A stretch of DNA of 56,400 nucleotides. It comes from Candidatus Zixiibacteriota bacterium. Its GTDB lineage: Bacteria; Zixibacteria; MSB-5A5; GN15; PGXB01. Location of the stretch: assembly GCA_030667525.1 (NCBI GenBank), contig DAOUVS010000001.1:1-56400 (forward strand), written 5' to 3'. The notes beneath the pieces were generated by a model. The model saw only the letters and a program-made list of their open reading frames with translations, was not told the DNA's origin and did no database searches. This document shows positions 19,503 through 28,835 of the stretch, piece by piece. The stretch's first letter is position 1; every line of letters begins with the position of its first letter. A program made the translations under genes and the position numbers.

Positions 19503-20090
19503 ATGAATGGGAAACTAATTTTAATTGCATTGATTATTGGACTTTTTGCTGTTTCAGTCGCCTTTGCCTCTGATGAATACGAGATTGATGTGGTTCATTC
19601 TTCGATTGGGTTTTCTGTCCGCCATTTGATGATTTCAAATGTAACCGGTAACTTTAACGATTTTTCCGGGAAATTGTTATTTGATGAGGACGATCTGACC
19701 AAATCTTCAGTTGAAATCGGTATCAAAACGGCAAGTGTAAACACAAATAACGAGAATCGTGATAATCACCTTCGAGCCGCAGATTTTTTCAATGCCGAGA
19801 AATTTCCTGAAATAACATTCAAAAGCAGCAAAGTTGAGAAATCCGGAGAAACCTTTGTTTTGTTGGGGAGCTTCACGATGCATGGTGTTTCAAAAGAAAT
19901 ATCAATACCTTTTGAGTTTATTGGGAAAATCATGGGGCCGATGGGTAAACAAATATTAGGTTTTGAGGGTAGCACAAAATTAGATCGCAAAGATTTTGGC
20001 ATTACCTGGAATAAAACTCTTGATGAAGGTGGACTGGCTGTCGGCAACGAGGTCAAGATTCAATTAAATATTGAGGCAGTAAAAAAGTAG
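19503..20090 (+). CDS. YceI-family periplasmic (polyisoprenoid-binding-like) protein
   Basis: 195 aa with a signal peptide. It shows the YceI pattern YEIDVVHSSIGFSVRHLMISNVTGNF...F..D...S.V...I...S..T.N..RD.HL....FF. Confidence 0.8.
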   Translation: MNGKLILIALIIGLFAVSVAFASDEYEIDVVHSSIGFSVRHLMISNVTGNFNDFSGKLLFDEDDLTKSSVEIGIKTASVNTNNENRDNHLRAADFFNAEKFPEITFKSSKVEKSGETFVLLGSFTMHGVSKEISIPFEFIGKIMGPMGKQILGFEGSTKLDRKDFGITWNKTLDEGGLAVGNEVKIQLNIEAVKK

Positions 20091-20111
20091 TCTATTATAT
20101 AGCAACTATTA

Positions 20112-20150
20112 AATAACCGCCGGGCTAATTACCCGGCGGTTATTATTTTT
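20112..20150. terminator. Bidirectional rho-independent terminator
   Basis: Stem aataaccgccggg / cccggcggttatt (13 bp) with a 7-nt loop, A-rich before and T-rich after. It sits between convergent genes. Confidence 0.85.
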
Positions 20151-20158
20151 AATTTGGA

Positions 20159-20454
20159 TTATAGCTTTTCTTCTTGAAGATCGGATACTTCGTCTTCGTC
20201 ATATCCTAGCGATTTAAAATCAATGACTCCGTTGGCCGAATGACAATTATTACAGCTTAAAGCGCCTTCCCGACGAATGGCATGACTGATTTCCATTGAA
20301 GCATCTTGCGGAATCCAGCGCGCTTCGACATTTTTCAACTGGCTGGCATCATTATATGCCCCGCCGTTCCACTGATCGGCATCCATGAATGACATGAATT
20401 AAGCAATTACAACAACAATCAATAATATTACTACAATAGTAAGAAAAATTTCAT
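20159..20454 (-). pseudogene. Decayed small membrane-anchored monohaem c-type cytochrome
   Basis: The 78-aa ORF (20159-20395) carries one CNNCH. Directly upstream and in the same frame, after a TAA (20399-20401), lies a TM helix (...IFLTIVVILLIVVVIA). The ATG with a GGGAG SD (20452-20454) is one base out of frame with that helix, across an A5/T5 homopolymer (20444-20448). Confidence 0.45.
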
Positions 20455-20801
20455 ATCGACTCCCACATTATATTTTTTTGCATACCATAAAATATAATCT
20501 AATTGAATTGAAATCAAGAGGAGAATTGAATTTAGCAAGTTTGGAAATTAAGTTACAATTAATCTTCCGGTTGACGTCAATAGCTATTGTCCAGACAGGC
20601 TCAAGGAAACAAAATCGCAATAAAGCCTATTCTGATTTTCAGGCGATTTGAAAGTAGTATTAATATTCAGTTTAATATATGATAAGAAGAGCCAAATTGA
20701 AATGAATCCAATTAAGTAGAGTATTAGATTAAAAAATGATTTTTTGGAAATAATGTGTTGTCTTTTTTGTGAATATTTATTTATATAAACATTAGATGTT
20801 A

Positions 20802-20817
20802 TGTGAAGATTTTCACA
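20802..20817. promoter_or_regulatory. CRP-type palindrome TGTGA-N6-TCACA upstream of the cytochrome operon
   Basis: tgtgaagattttcaca is a perfect match to both CRP half-sites. Its extended form atgtgaa-gatt-ttcacat ends 37 nt upstream of the ATG at 20854. Confidence 0.4.
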
Positions 20818-20853
20818 TTTTAGACAAATTGAAATATAGGTGGGCAAGGTATC

Positions 20854-22758
20854 ATGACTGATATATTAAAAAAAACTAAAATGAGTTTGATTAATTATTT
20901 TGCAGTTTCCATAATTTTATTTTTGCCATATGTGTTATCGGCAAATGAGAATACTGACTGTCTTGAGTGCCATGAGGAAACAGAATCCGAACGAGCGGTT
21001 GGCTATGATGAAAATTTAGCCCTTTCGATTCATCAGGATTTCAATTGTATTGATTGTCATGCCGATCTGGATGGAATTGAATTACCCCATGATGAGCAAT
21101 TAGAAATAGTTGATTGTGGGATATGCCATGAAGATGCAGCAAAAACTTATGTCGCTCATGGCCGGGAATTGGTTGAGGAGTGCGTGGATATTCCCTGTTG
21201 TGTCGAATGTCATGGGAAACATGATATACTGCCCTCAACGGATAAACGCTCATTGACAAATCCATTAAACTTGCCTAAGACATGCGGAAACTGTCATGAG
21301 GATATAGATTTAACAGAAAGACATGAGATATTATACGGCAAAGCGGTTGAAGTTTATCAAAGCAGTGTGCATGGCCGAGCGTCAATGGGTGGAATTTATT
21401 TCGCAGCCACCTGTAATGATTGTCATTCCACCGGTGGCACGGCTCATCGTATTCTGGGACCGGGCGATCCTGAATCGGCAATCAATCATTTTAATATCCC
21501 TAAAACATGCGGCAAATGTCATAAGGCTATTGAACAGGATTTTTGGGAAGGTATCCATGGGAAACTGGTCAAACGTGGCGAAACCGATGCACCAATTTGT
21601 ACTGATTGTCATGGCGAACATGGAATAATTTCTCCGTCTGACCCGAAATCACGGGTCAGTCCGGCGCGAGTGGCAGAAGCGACCTGTTCCCCATGTCATG
21701 AATCGGCCCGCCTTAACGAAAAATATGGTACGCCGACAAGGCGACTGGAATCCTGGGTTGACAGTTATCATGGATTAAAAAGTAAGGCCGGTGATATGAC
21801 AGTTGCCAATTGTGCCTCCTGTCACGGGGCGCATAGAATTTTGCCGCATACCGATTCAACATCGGCTATTTATAGCGACAATCTCATCTCAACCTGCGGC
21901 GAGTGCCATAAAGGAATATCGGCCGAAATGGCATTGACTCCAATCCATAGTGATCCCGGTATATCGCAAACCCCTATCGCGAATATTGTCAGACAGATTT
22001 ACATTATTTTAATTATTGTGACGATTGGCTTAATGGTTATTCATTGGCTGATAGACCTTAGAAGAGAGATTAAAAAAGTAAGGCAAAAACCTCAGATGAC
22101 ACGAATGAATCTAAATGAGGTCTGGCAACATTATCTTTTGATGATATCATTTATTGTTTTGGTTTTAACCGGCTTTTCCTTGAGATTCTCTGAAGCTTAC
22201 TGGGTACAATTGTTATTCGGCTGGGAAGGCGGTTTTGAGCTTCGAGGCATCATTCATCGAATAGCGGCCGTTATTATGATGATATCAACCGTCTGGCATT
22301 TATTATATCTTTTTACCCCAAGAGGCAGACAGTTCTTCAAAGATATGATTCCCAATCGTACGGACTGGAATAACGTCATCCATTTAGTAAGATATAATAT
22401 TGGACTGAAAGACGATAAGCCGCGATTTGGCCGCTTCATGTATGTTGAAAAGATCGAATACTGGGCCCTGATCTGGGGAACAATTGTTATGATCGTGACC
22501 GGACTAATGCTCTGGCTCGATAATTTGGCCATTCTCTGGGTTCCGAAAGGTTTTCTTGATGTTATGCTTGTAATTCATTATTATGAAGCCTGGTTGGCGA
22601 CGCTGGCAATTTTAATTTGGCATATGTATTCAACGATTTTTAATCCGGGTATTTATCCGATGAATCCGGCTTGGATTGATGGAAAAATGCCGGTAGAAAT
22701 GTATAAGCACGAACATCCTGATGATCCGGCGATAAAAGATATGGAAAAAGGGGAATAG
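20854..22758 (+). CDS. Undecahaem c-type cytochrome fused to a membrane cytochrome b (FdnI/HydC-like) domain; CbcL-like quinol oxidoreductase
   Basis: 634 aa with AGGTGG upstream and a signal/anchor segment. I count 11 CxxCH motifs. The C-terminal ~250 aa have 5 predicted TM helices with conserved His residues (WQHYLL, IHRIAAV..VWHLLY, VIHYYEAW...IWHMY). Confidence 0.85.
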   Translation: MTDILKKTKMSLINYFAVSIILFLPYVLSANENTDCLECHEETESERAVGYDENLALSIHQDFNCIDCHADLDGIELPHDEQLEIVDCGICHEDAAKTYVAHGRELVEECVDIPCCVECHGKHDILPSTDKRSLTNPLNLPKTCGNCHEDIDLTERHEILYGKAVEVYQSSVHGRASMGGIYFAATCNDCHSTGGTAHRILGPGDPESAINHFNIPKTCGKCHKAIEQDFWEGIHGKLVKRGETDAPICTDCHGEHGIISPSDPKSRVSPARVAEATCSPCHESARLNEKYGTPTRRLESWVDSYHGLKSKAGDMTVANCASCHGAHRILPHTDSTSAIYSDNLISTCGECHKGISAEMALTPIHSDPGISQTPIANIVRQIYIILIIVTIGLMVIHWLIDLRREIKKVRQKPQMTRMNLNEVWQHYLLMISFIVLVLTGFSLRFSEAYWVQLLFGWEGGFELRGIIHRIAAVIMMISTVWHLLYLFTPRGRQFFKDMIPNRTDWNNVIHLVRYNIGLKDDKPRFGRFMYVEKIEYWALIWGTIVMIVTGLMLWLDNLAILWVPKGFLDVMLVIHYYEAWLATLAILIWHMYSTIFNPGIYPMNPAWIDGKMPVEMYKHEHPDDPAIKDMEKGE

Positions 22759-25542
22759 GTGAAGCTAGCATCCATATTTGGGGTACTACTAATATCGACA
22801 CTGGTAGTATTGCCCTTATCTGTTTTGGCTCAATCGAGTGAGGATTGTTTCGATTGTCATGAGGATGAAGAACTGACCAAGGAGCGAAACGGCCGGGAAA
22901 TTTTTCTCCATATCGATGAAAGTCGTTTTGCCGGTTCCATTCATGGCGAAGCCGATTGTATCGATTGCCATGCCGATCTCGATGGTGTCGAACTTCCCCA
23001 CGACGAAGAACTTGAAACGGTTGATTGCGGTCTTTGCCATGATGATATAGCCGATAAGTATAGTAAGAGCCTTCATGGTCAGGCGGTGGAAAATGGAATA
23101 ACTCTGGCTCCCCGTTGCTGGGACTGTCATGGCGCCCATTATATTGATCCGGTCGATTCGCCCAATTCACAGGTTACCAAATTTAATATTCCATTTGTGT
23201 GCGGTCGATGTCATAAGGAAGGAACTCCTGTTTCCAAAACTTTTGATATTCCTCAGGATTCAATATTAAGTCATTATTCCCAGAGTATTCATGGCGTTGG
23301 ACTGTTTCAACAGGGATTGACCGTTACCGCTGTCTGCAATAATTGCCATACTTCGCATAACGTTTTGCCGCATACCGATCCAAAGTCGAGTATCCATCGT
23401 GATAATGTTGCCGAAACCTGTCAGCAATGTCATGGCCGAATTGAGCAGGTGCATAAAAAAGTAATCAGGGGAGAGTTGTGGGAGAAGGAGCCTCATAAGG
23501 TTCCGGTTTGTGTTGATTGTCATGAACCCCATGAGGCGAGAAAAATATTTTATGCAGAGGGAATAGCCGACAGCGAGTGTCTTAAGTGTCACCAAAACAA
23601 AAATCTCACCGCCCAGCGGGATACCGGTGTTATCTCGATGTATGTTGATTCGATAGAGACTCATAGTTCCATTCATCGTTCGATAGCATGCGCCCAGTGT
23701 CACACTGGCGCCAATCCCAGCCTTGAGCGCTCCTGTGCTTCTGTTGCCAATAAGGTTGATTGTTCTATCTGTCACACAGAAATTGTAGACACGTTTGCAA
23801 CAAGTATGCATGGTAAGCTTGGGAATCGGGGAGACCAGCGAGTTCCTGAATGTACAACATGTCACGGGATTCATGGCATGAAAAGTTTTAAGGACCCGAC
23901 CTCAAAAACATTTCCGACCAAGGTGCCTGAATTGTGCGGTCAATGTCACGGCCCGGAAGGTGTTGCCCTAAAGGAAATGGCCGATGGAGAGGTTGATCCG
24001 GTTACCGGTTATCTCAAAGGCATTCATGGCAAGGGTCTAATAGAAAGCGGTCTGATTGTTACCGCCAAATGTACCGATTGTCATTCGACTCATAATATGC
24101 TCCCCAAAGATGATCCTAACTCATCGGTTCATAAGGATAATATTCCGCAAACCTGTGCCCAGTGCCATGAAGGGATTTTCGAAAAATTTGCCAATAGTGT
24201 GCATTGTGAGGAAACAAGCGATTCTGATTTACCGCTTCCCAAATGTGTTGACTGCCATGATTCGCATTCAATTACCCGAACGGACAAGGCTGGATTTAGA
24301 ACTGAAATTATGGATCAGTGCGGGAAATGTCACCTTGAGGTGACGGAAACATATTTTGAAACGTTTCATGGTAAGGTTTCCAAGCTTGGTTATGGTGCCG
24401 CCGCCAAATGCTTTGACTGTCACGGCTCGCACAATATATTGGCGATCAATAATCCGAATTCGACCTTATCGCGCCAGAATATTGTCAAAACCTGTGGAGC
24501 CTGCCATGAAGGATCACACCGGCAGTTTGCCGGGTATCTGACTCATGCGACGCATCATGATCGCGATAAATATCCAATCCTGTTTTATACTTTCTGGTTT
24601 ATGACAATTCTTCTTGTTGGGACGCTGATTGTATTTGGAACGCATACATTATTGTGGTTGCCGCGCTCATTTAAAATGATGAAAGAGCATCAGAAGATTC
24701 GTAAAAGAAGTGTTGGCCAAAAAGTATATAGTCGTTTTTCGCCGCTTCAGCGCCGTATGCATATTTTAGTTATTATTAGTTTCCTTGGTTTGGCCATTAC
24801 CGGTATGACTCTGAAATTCTCATACCTGGGATGGGCGCAGTGGATATCAGGTATGTTTGGCGGCTTTGAGTCGGCCGGTTATATTCATCGGGTTTGCGCC
24901 ATAATAACATTTGTCTATTTTGGTTTGCATATTTTTGATGTCATCCGAAAGAAAAGGCAATCAGGAAAATCATGGTTTAAATATCTTACCGATGAAGATA
25001 GTATGCTGCCGAATAAAACTGATTTAAAAGAGATTGTTCAGACGCTCAAATGGTTTATCGGGATGGGACGCCGGCCAAGATATGGGCGCTGGACCTATTG
25101 GGAAAAATTTGATTACTTTGCCGTTTTCTGGGGAGTGGCAATTATTGGTTCGACCGGTTTGATGTTATGGTTCCCTGAATTCTTTACACTATTTCTTCCC
25201 GGCTGGATGATTAACGTTGCCACAATTGTTCATTCTGATGAAGCTCTTCTGGCGGTTGCTTTTATATTTACTGTTCATTTCTTTAATACTCATTTTCGTC
25301 CAGATAAATTCCCGATGGACACGGTTATTTTTTCTGGCCGAATAACAGTTGATGAGTTAATGGAAGATAGACCACGCGAATATGAAAAATTAGTCGCCAA
25401 TAAGGAATTGGGCAAACATTTGGTAGACCCGATGCCGGAGCCGTTCCTTAAGGGATTCAAGATTTTTGGTGCAATCGCTTTGACAATTGGTATCATCTTA
25501 ATTTTACTGATCATCTGGGCAGAAATTTTCGGTTATAGATAA
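22759..25542 (+). CDS. 19-haem c-type cytochrome fused to a membrane cytochrome b (FdnI/HydC-like) domain; CbcL-like paralogue
   Basis: 927 aa with a GTG start immediately after the previous stop, and a signal peptide. I count 19 CxxCH motifs. The N-terminus is paralogous to the previous ORF (CIDCHADLDGVELPHDEELETVDCGLCH vs CIDCHADLDGIELPHDEQLEIVDCGICH). The C-terminal multi-TM b-type domain reads RMHILVI..., YIHRVCAI...GLHIF, IVHSDEAL...VHFFNTHF. Confidence 0.85.
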   Translation: MKLASIFGVLLISTLVVLPLSVLAQSSEDCFDCHEDEELTKERNGREIFLHIDESRFAGSIHGEADCIDCHADLDGVELPHDEELETVDCGLCHDDIADKYSKSLHGQAVENGITLAPRCWDCHGAHYIDPVDSPNSQVTKFNIPFVCGRCHKEGTPVSKTFDIPQDSILSHYSQSIHGVGLFQQGLTVTAVCNNCHTSHNVLPHTDPKSSIHRDNVAETCQQCHGRIEQVHKKVIRGELWEKEPHKVPVCVDCHEPHEARKIFYAEGIADSECLKCHQNKNLTAQRDTGVISMYVDSIETHSSIHRSIACAQCHTGANPSLERSCASVANKVDCSICHTEIVDTFATSMHGKLGNRGDQRVPECTTCHGIHGMKSFKDPTSKTFPTKVPELCGQCHGPEGVALKEMADGEVDPVTGYLKGIHGKGLIESGLIVTAKCTDCHSTHNMLPKDDPNSSVHKDNIPQTCAQCHEGIFEKFANSVHCEETSDSDLPLPKCVDCHDSHSITRTDKAGFRTEIMDQCGKCHLEVTETYFETFHGKVSKLGYGAAAKCFDCHGSHNILAINNPNSTLSRQNIVKTCGACHEGSHRQFAGYLTHATHHDRDKYPILFYTFWFMTILLVGTLIVFGTHTLLWLPRSFKMMKEHQKIRKRSVGQKVYSRFSPLQRRMHILVIISFLGLAITGMTLKFSYLGWAQWISGMFGGFESAGYIHRVCAIITFVYFGLHIFDVIRKKRQSGKSWFKYLTDEDSMLPNKTDLKEIVQTLKWFIGMGRRPRYGRWTYWEKFDYFAVFWGVAIIGSTGLMLWFPEFFTLFLPGWMINVATIVHSDEALLAVAFIFTVHFFNTHFRPDKFPMDTVIFSGRITVDELMEDRPREYEKLVANKELGKHLVDPMPEPFLKGFKIFGAIALTIGIILILLIIWAEIFGYR

Positions 25543-25613
25543 CAAACGGGATGAACGAAAGTATATTCCAGATTGAATCGTGAATAAAAAGTTGAGAAAT
25601 GATTCAAAATCTC

Positions 25614-25642
25614 TTGCTATATTTCACGAGGTATGGTAATAT
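25614..25642 (+). promoter_or_regulatory. Possible internal sigma70-like promoter
   Basis: TTGCTA (25614-25619), a 17-nt spacer, then TAATAT (25637-25642), in the 136-nt gap before the ImcH-like gene. Confidence 0.35.
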
Positions 25643-25678
25643 GGATAAAATCAGTATTGTTTTAAAGGAAATGTAACT

Positions 25679-27196
25679 ATGTCATTGAGAGAAATGAAGT
25701 TGCCAAGGCTGGCTTACAATTGGATAAGCGGCATTGGCATTATTATTGCAGTTGTAACCGGCGTCCTGATGACATTTTTATATATAATTGGAATATTTGC
25801 TAAGGTTACCAATCCATATCTCGGCATTTTCTTATATATGGTTCTGCCGCCGGTATTAATAGGCGGTCTTATTTTGGTTCCACTTGGAATGTTAAAGACA
25901 TGGTACAGATTCAAAAAATCCGGAGTGGCATCGTATCCAACCTGGCCATATTTTGATCTGAATAAAAAAAGTCATAGAAACGCCGCATTGCTTTTTATTG
26001 TTGGCTCGATTTTCTTTTTAATAATAAGTGCTGTTGGTGGATATGAGGCCTTTCACTATTCTGAATCAGTTAATTTCTGCGGTAAAACCTGTCACTCGGT
26101 AATGAAACCTGAATTTGTTGCCTATCAAAATTCACCTCACGCACGGGTTTCCTGTGTTAGTTGCCATGTTGGTCCCGGTGCCGATTGGTATGCCAAATCG
26201 AAGATGTCAGGATTGTATCAGGTTTATGCGGTTCTGGCAGACAAATACCCGAGGCCGATACCGACGCCGATTGCTAATCTTCGTCCCGCCCGGGAAACTT
26301 GTGAGCAGTGCCACTGGCCAGAGAAATTTTTTGGCGCTCAACAAAAATCATTCAACCATTATATGTATGATGAAGAAAACAGTTACTGGCCAATTGAAAT
26401 GTTGATAAAGGTTGGCGGCGGTAATCCGGAATCCGGACTTACTTCAGGCATCCATTGGCATACATTTATTGCCAATAAAATTGAATATATTGCTCGTGAT
26501 GAGCGTCATCAGGAAATTCCCTGGGTGCGGGCAACCAATGTAAAAACGGGGTATCAAACTGTTTATCAGGATACAGAAAATCCTCTTACCGAGGAAGAGA
26601 TTGCTGCTGCGGAGCCGCGTGTGTTTGACTGTATGGATTGCCATAATCGTCCGAGTCATATTTATAACTCGCCCGATCATGCCATTGATGAAGCGCTTTA
26701 TACAGAAAAAATTGATGTCACCCTACCGGAGATAAAACGGATTTCAGTTGAAGCAATGGCTGAACTATATGAAACCGAGGAAGCTGCATGGCATGGGATT
26801 GCAAACAGAATCAAAGATTTTTATAGTGAAGAGTATCCTGATATATATAATGAGAAACAGGATGAGATCAACGAAGCGATTTTGGAGGTTCAGGATAAAT
26901 ATCAGAAGAATATTTTCCCCGAAATGAAAGTAAGATGGGAAGAGTATCCTAATAATATCGGACATTTTGGCAATCCTGGCTGCATGCGGTGCCATACCGG
27001 CAATCTTCAGGCTAAGGATGGCTCCATAATAACCAGAGATTGTAATAGCTGCCACACTATACTTGCTCAGGGGAGCGGTGAGAGAAGTATGATGGCTAAA
27101 TCGATGGACGGTTTGGAATTTGTCCATCCTGAAGATATTGATGAAGCCTGGAAAGAGATGGGCTGCCACGAGTGCCATAGCGGAACGCAGCCATAA
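25679..27196 (+). CDS. Inner-membrane NapC/NirT-related heptahaem cytochrome, ImcH-like
   Basis: 505 aa with three N-terminal TM helices. A NapC/NirT-like block follows (FCGKTCHSVMKPEFVAYQNSPHARVSCVSCHVGPGADWYAKSKMSGLYQVY). I count 6 CxxCH plus one CxxxCH (CGKTCH). Confidence 0.75.
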   Translation: MSLREMKLPRLAYNWISGIGIIIAVVTGVLMTFLYIIGIFAKVTNPYLGIFLYMVLPPVLIGGLILVPLGMLKTWYRFKKSGVASYPTWPYFDLNKKSHRNAALLFIVGSIFFLIISAVGGYEAFHYSESVNFCGKTCHSVMKPEFVAYQNSPHARVSCVSCHVGPGADWYAKSKMSGLYQVYAVLADKYPRPIPTPIANLRPARETCEQCHWPEKFFGAQQKSFNHYMYDEENSYWPIEMLIKVGGGNPESGLTSGIHWHTFIANKIEYIARDERHQEIPWVRATNVKTGYQTVYQDTENPLTEEEIAAAEPRVFDCMDCHNRPSHIYNSPDHAIDEALYTEKIDVTLPEIKRISVEAMAELYETEEAAWHGIANRIKDFYSEEYPDIYNEKQDEINEAILEVQDKYQKNIFPEMKVRWEEYPNNIGHFGNPGCMRCHTGNLQAKDGSIITRDCNSCHTILAQGSGERSMMAKSMDGLEFVHPEDIDEAWKEMGCHECHSGTQP

Positions 27197-27258
27197 AAGA
27201 AGTAGACAAGTAAGACATAAATTGTATATATAAAAAGTTAATAATTGTTAAGAAGAAT

Positions 27259-27708
27259 ATGAGCGATAATAATTCCAGACGAAAATTTTTATCTTGGCTA
27301 ACCGGATTAGGGAGCGTGGCATTTCTTGGGTCGATCATTTATCCGGCGTATAAGTTTCTTGTCCCGCCTGAATCGGGCGAGGCGAATGTTTCTCAAGTGA
27401 AACTTCCTTTTACCCGTTCCGAAATTGAAGGAGATGAGAAAAAAGCCAAAACTTTTAAATTCGGCCGGACCCTTGGTTTAATTGTTTTAACCGGTGAAGG
27501 TGAACTCAAAGCAATGGCTGCCACCTGCACTCATTTGGATTGTACCGTGCAGCATCGTCCCGATCTCGGTATTATCTGGTGCTCATGTCATAATGGGCGA
27601 TATGATCTTGATGGTAAGAATATTTCCGGTCCTCCGCCCAAACCTCTTGAACAGTATATTGTCAATGAGATCAAGGGTGAAATATTTGTCTCGAAGGAGA
27701 CAGCCTAA
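27259..27708 (+). CDS. Rieske [2Fe-2S] subunit of a cytochrome bc-type complex
   Basis: 149 aa with the twin-arginine signal SRRKFLSWL. The Rieske boxes are CTHLDC and CSCHNGRYD. Confidence 0.9.
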   Translation: MSDNNSRRKFLSWLTGLGSVAFLGSIIYPAYKFLVPPESGEANVSQVKLPFTRSEIEGDEKKAKTFKFGRTLGLIVLTGEGELKAMAATCTHLDCTVQHRPDLGIIWCSCHNGRYDLDGKNISGPPPKPLEQYIVNEIKGEIFVSKETA

Positions 27709-28823
27709 TGGATGGCTCCCAAAATGGCCTGATAAAAAAAGGGTACCAATGGCTTGATGATCGGCTGCATATAAATTCGCTGGTTGAATATATGAGCAGC
27801 AAAGAGGTTCCCAAGCACAGCCATTCAATTTTCTATTATTTAGGCGGCATTACTCTTTTCTTATTTATTGTTCAGATTATTACCGGTATTCTTTTATTGA
27901 TGTATTACCGTCCCGGCGCCGATTCGGCTTATGAATCAGTAAAATTTATTGTTTCCGAAGTCTCTTTTGGATGGCTGATTCGAGCGATCCATTCATGGTC
28001 GGCAAATCTGATGGTACTGTCTGCCTTCCTGCATATGTTTACCGTCTTTTTTACCCGCGCGTATCGGAAACCGCGGGAGATGACATGGTACACCGGGATG
28101 GGGCTTTTGGCACTTTCGATGACCTTTGGTTTTTCCGGGTATCTTTTACCATGGAATGAATTGGCTTTCTTTGCTACTCGCGTTGGTACGGGTATGGCCG
28201 GTGCAATGCCGGTTATTGGTGATTATTTGATGGTGATCATGCGAGGCGGAGAAGAGGTCACCGGGGCAACTATTGGAAGATTCTTTGGTTTGCACGTTGC
28301 CATTTTACCGCTTTTGACAACAGGTCTGTTGACCTTGCATTTAGTATTTATTCAGCGTCAGGGAATGAGCGAACCGATGAACTGGGCTGGGAAAAAACAG
28401 GAAGACAAAAAATTTATGAAATTTTTCCCAAATTTCATTTATCGCGATGCATTGGTTTGGCTGATTGCATTAAACATATTGGCTCTCTTGGCAGTAATAT
28501 TCCCCGATGGTATCGGTGTGGTGCACTGGCCTTTGGGAGAGAAGGCCGACCCGTTTGCGGCTCCTCCGGCGGTTATTCGACCGGAGTGGTATTTTATGTT
28601 TGCTTTTCAGGCGTTAAAGATGTTGCCGGCTCATATCTGGTTTATTGAAGGCGAACTTTTTGGGATTATTGTTTTTGGAATAGGCGGATTAATCTGGATG
28701 TTGATTCCATTATTGGATCGTCGAGCTAATGAGAATAAACGATCTCCGATGGTCATGGCTTTTGGAACATTTATTGTCCTGTTCATTGTGGTGATGACAA
28801 TTGTGGGATATTTGGTGGAATAG
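27708..28823 (+). CDS. Cytochrome b (fused b6 + subunit IV type)
   Basis: 371 aa with the motifs SFGWLIRAIHSWSANLMV, YLLPWNELAFFAT, FFGLHVAILP and PEWYFMFAFQALK. Its start overlaps the Rieske stop (TAATG). Confidence 0.9.
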   Translation: MDGSQNGLIKKGYQWLDDRLHINSLVEYMSSKEVPKHSHSIFYYLGGITLFLFIVQIITGILLLMYYRPGADSAYESVKFIVSEVSFGWLIRAIHSWSANLMVLSAFLHMFTVFFTRAYRKPREMTWYTGMGLLALSMTFGFSGYLLPWNELAFFATRVGTGMAGAMPVIGDYLMVIMRGGEEVTGATIGRFFGLHVAILPLLTTGLLTLHLVFIQRQGMSEPMNWAGKKQEDKKFMKFFPNFIYRDALVWLIALNILALLAVIFPDGIGVVHWPLGEKADPFAAPPAVIRPEWYFMFAFQALKMLPAHIWFIEGELFGIIVFGIGGLIWMLIPLLDRRANENKRSPMVMAFGTFIVLFIVVMTIVGYLVE

Positions 28824-28835
28824 GGGCAAAATAGA

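Noticed and set aside
20584-20847. 87-aa minus-strand ORF in the spacer upstream of the cytochrome operon.
   Set aside because: The region is AT-rich and promoter-like. The translation is low-complexity Ile/Asn/Lys-rich, there is no SD, and it overlaps the CRP-type palindrome and the likely promoter.
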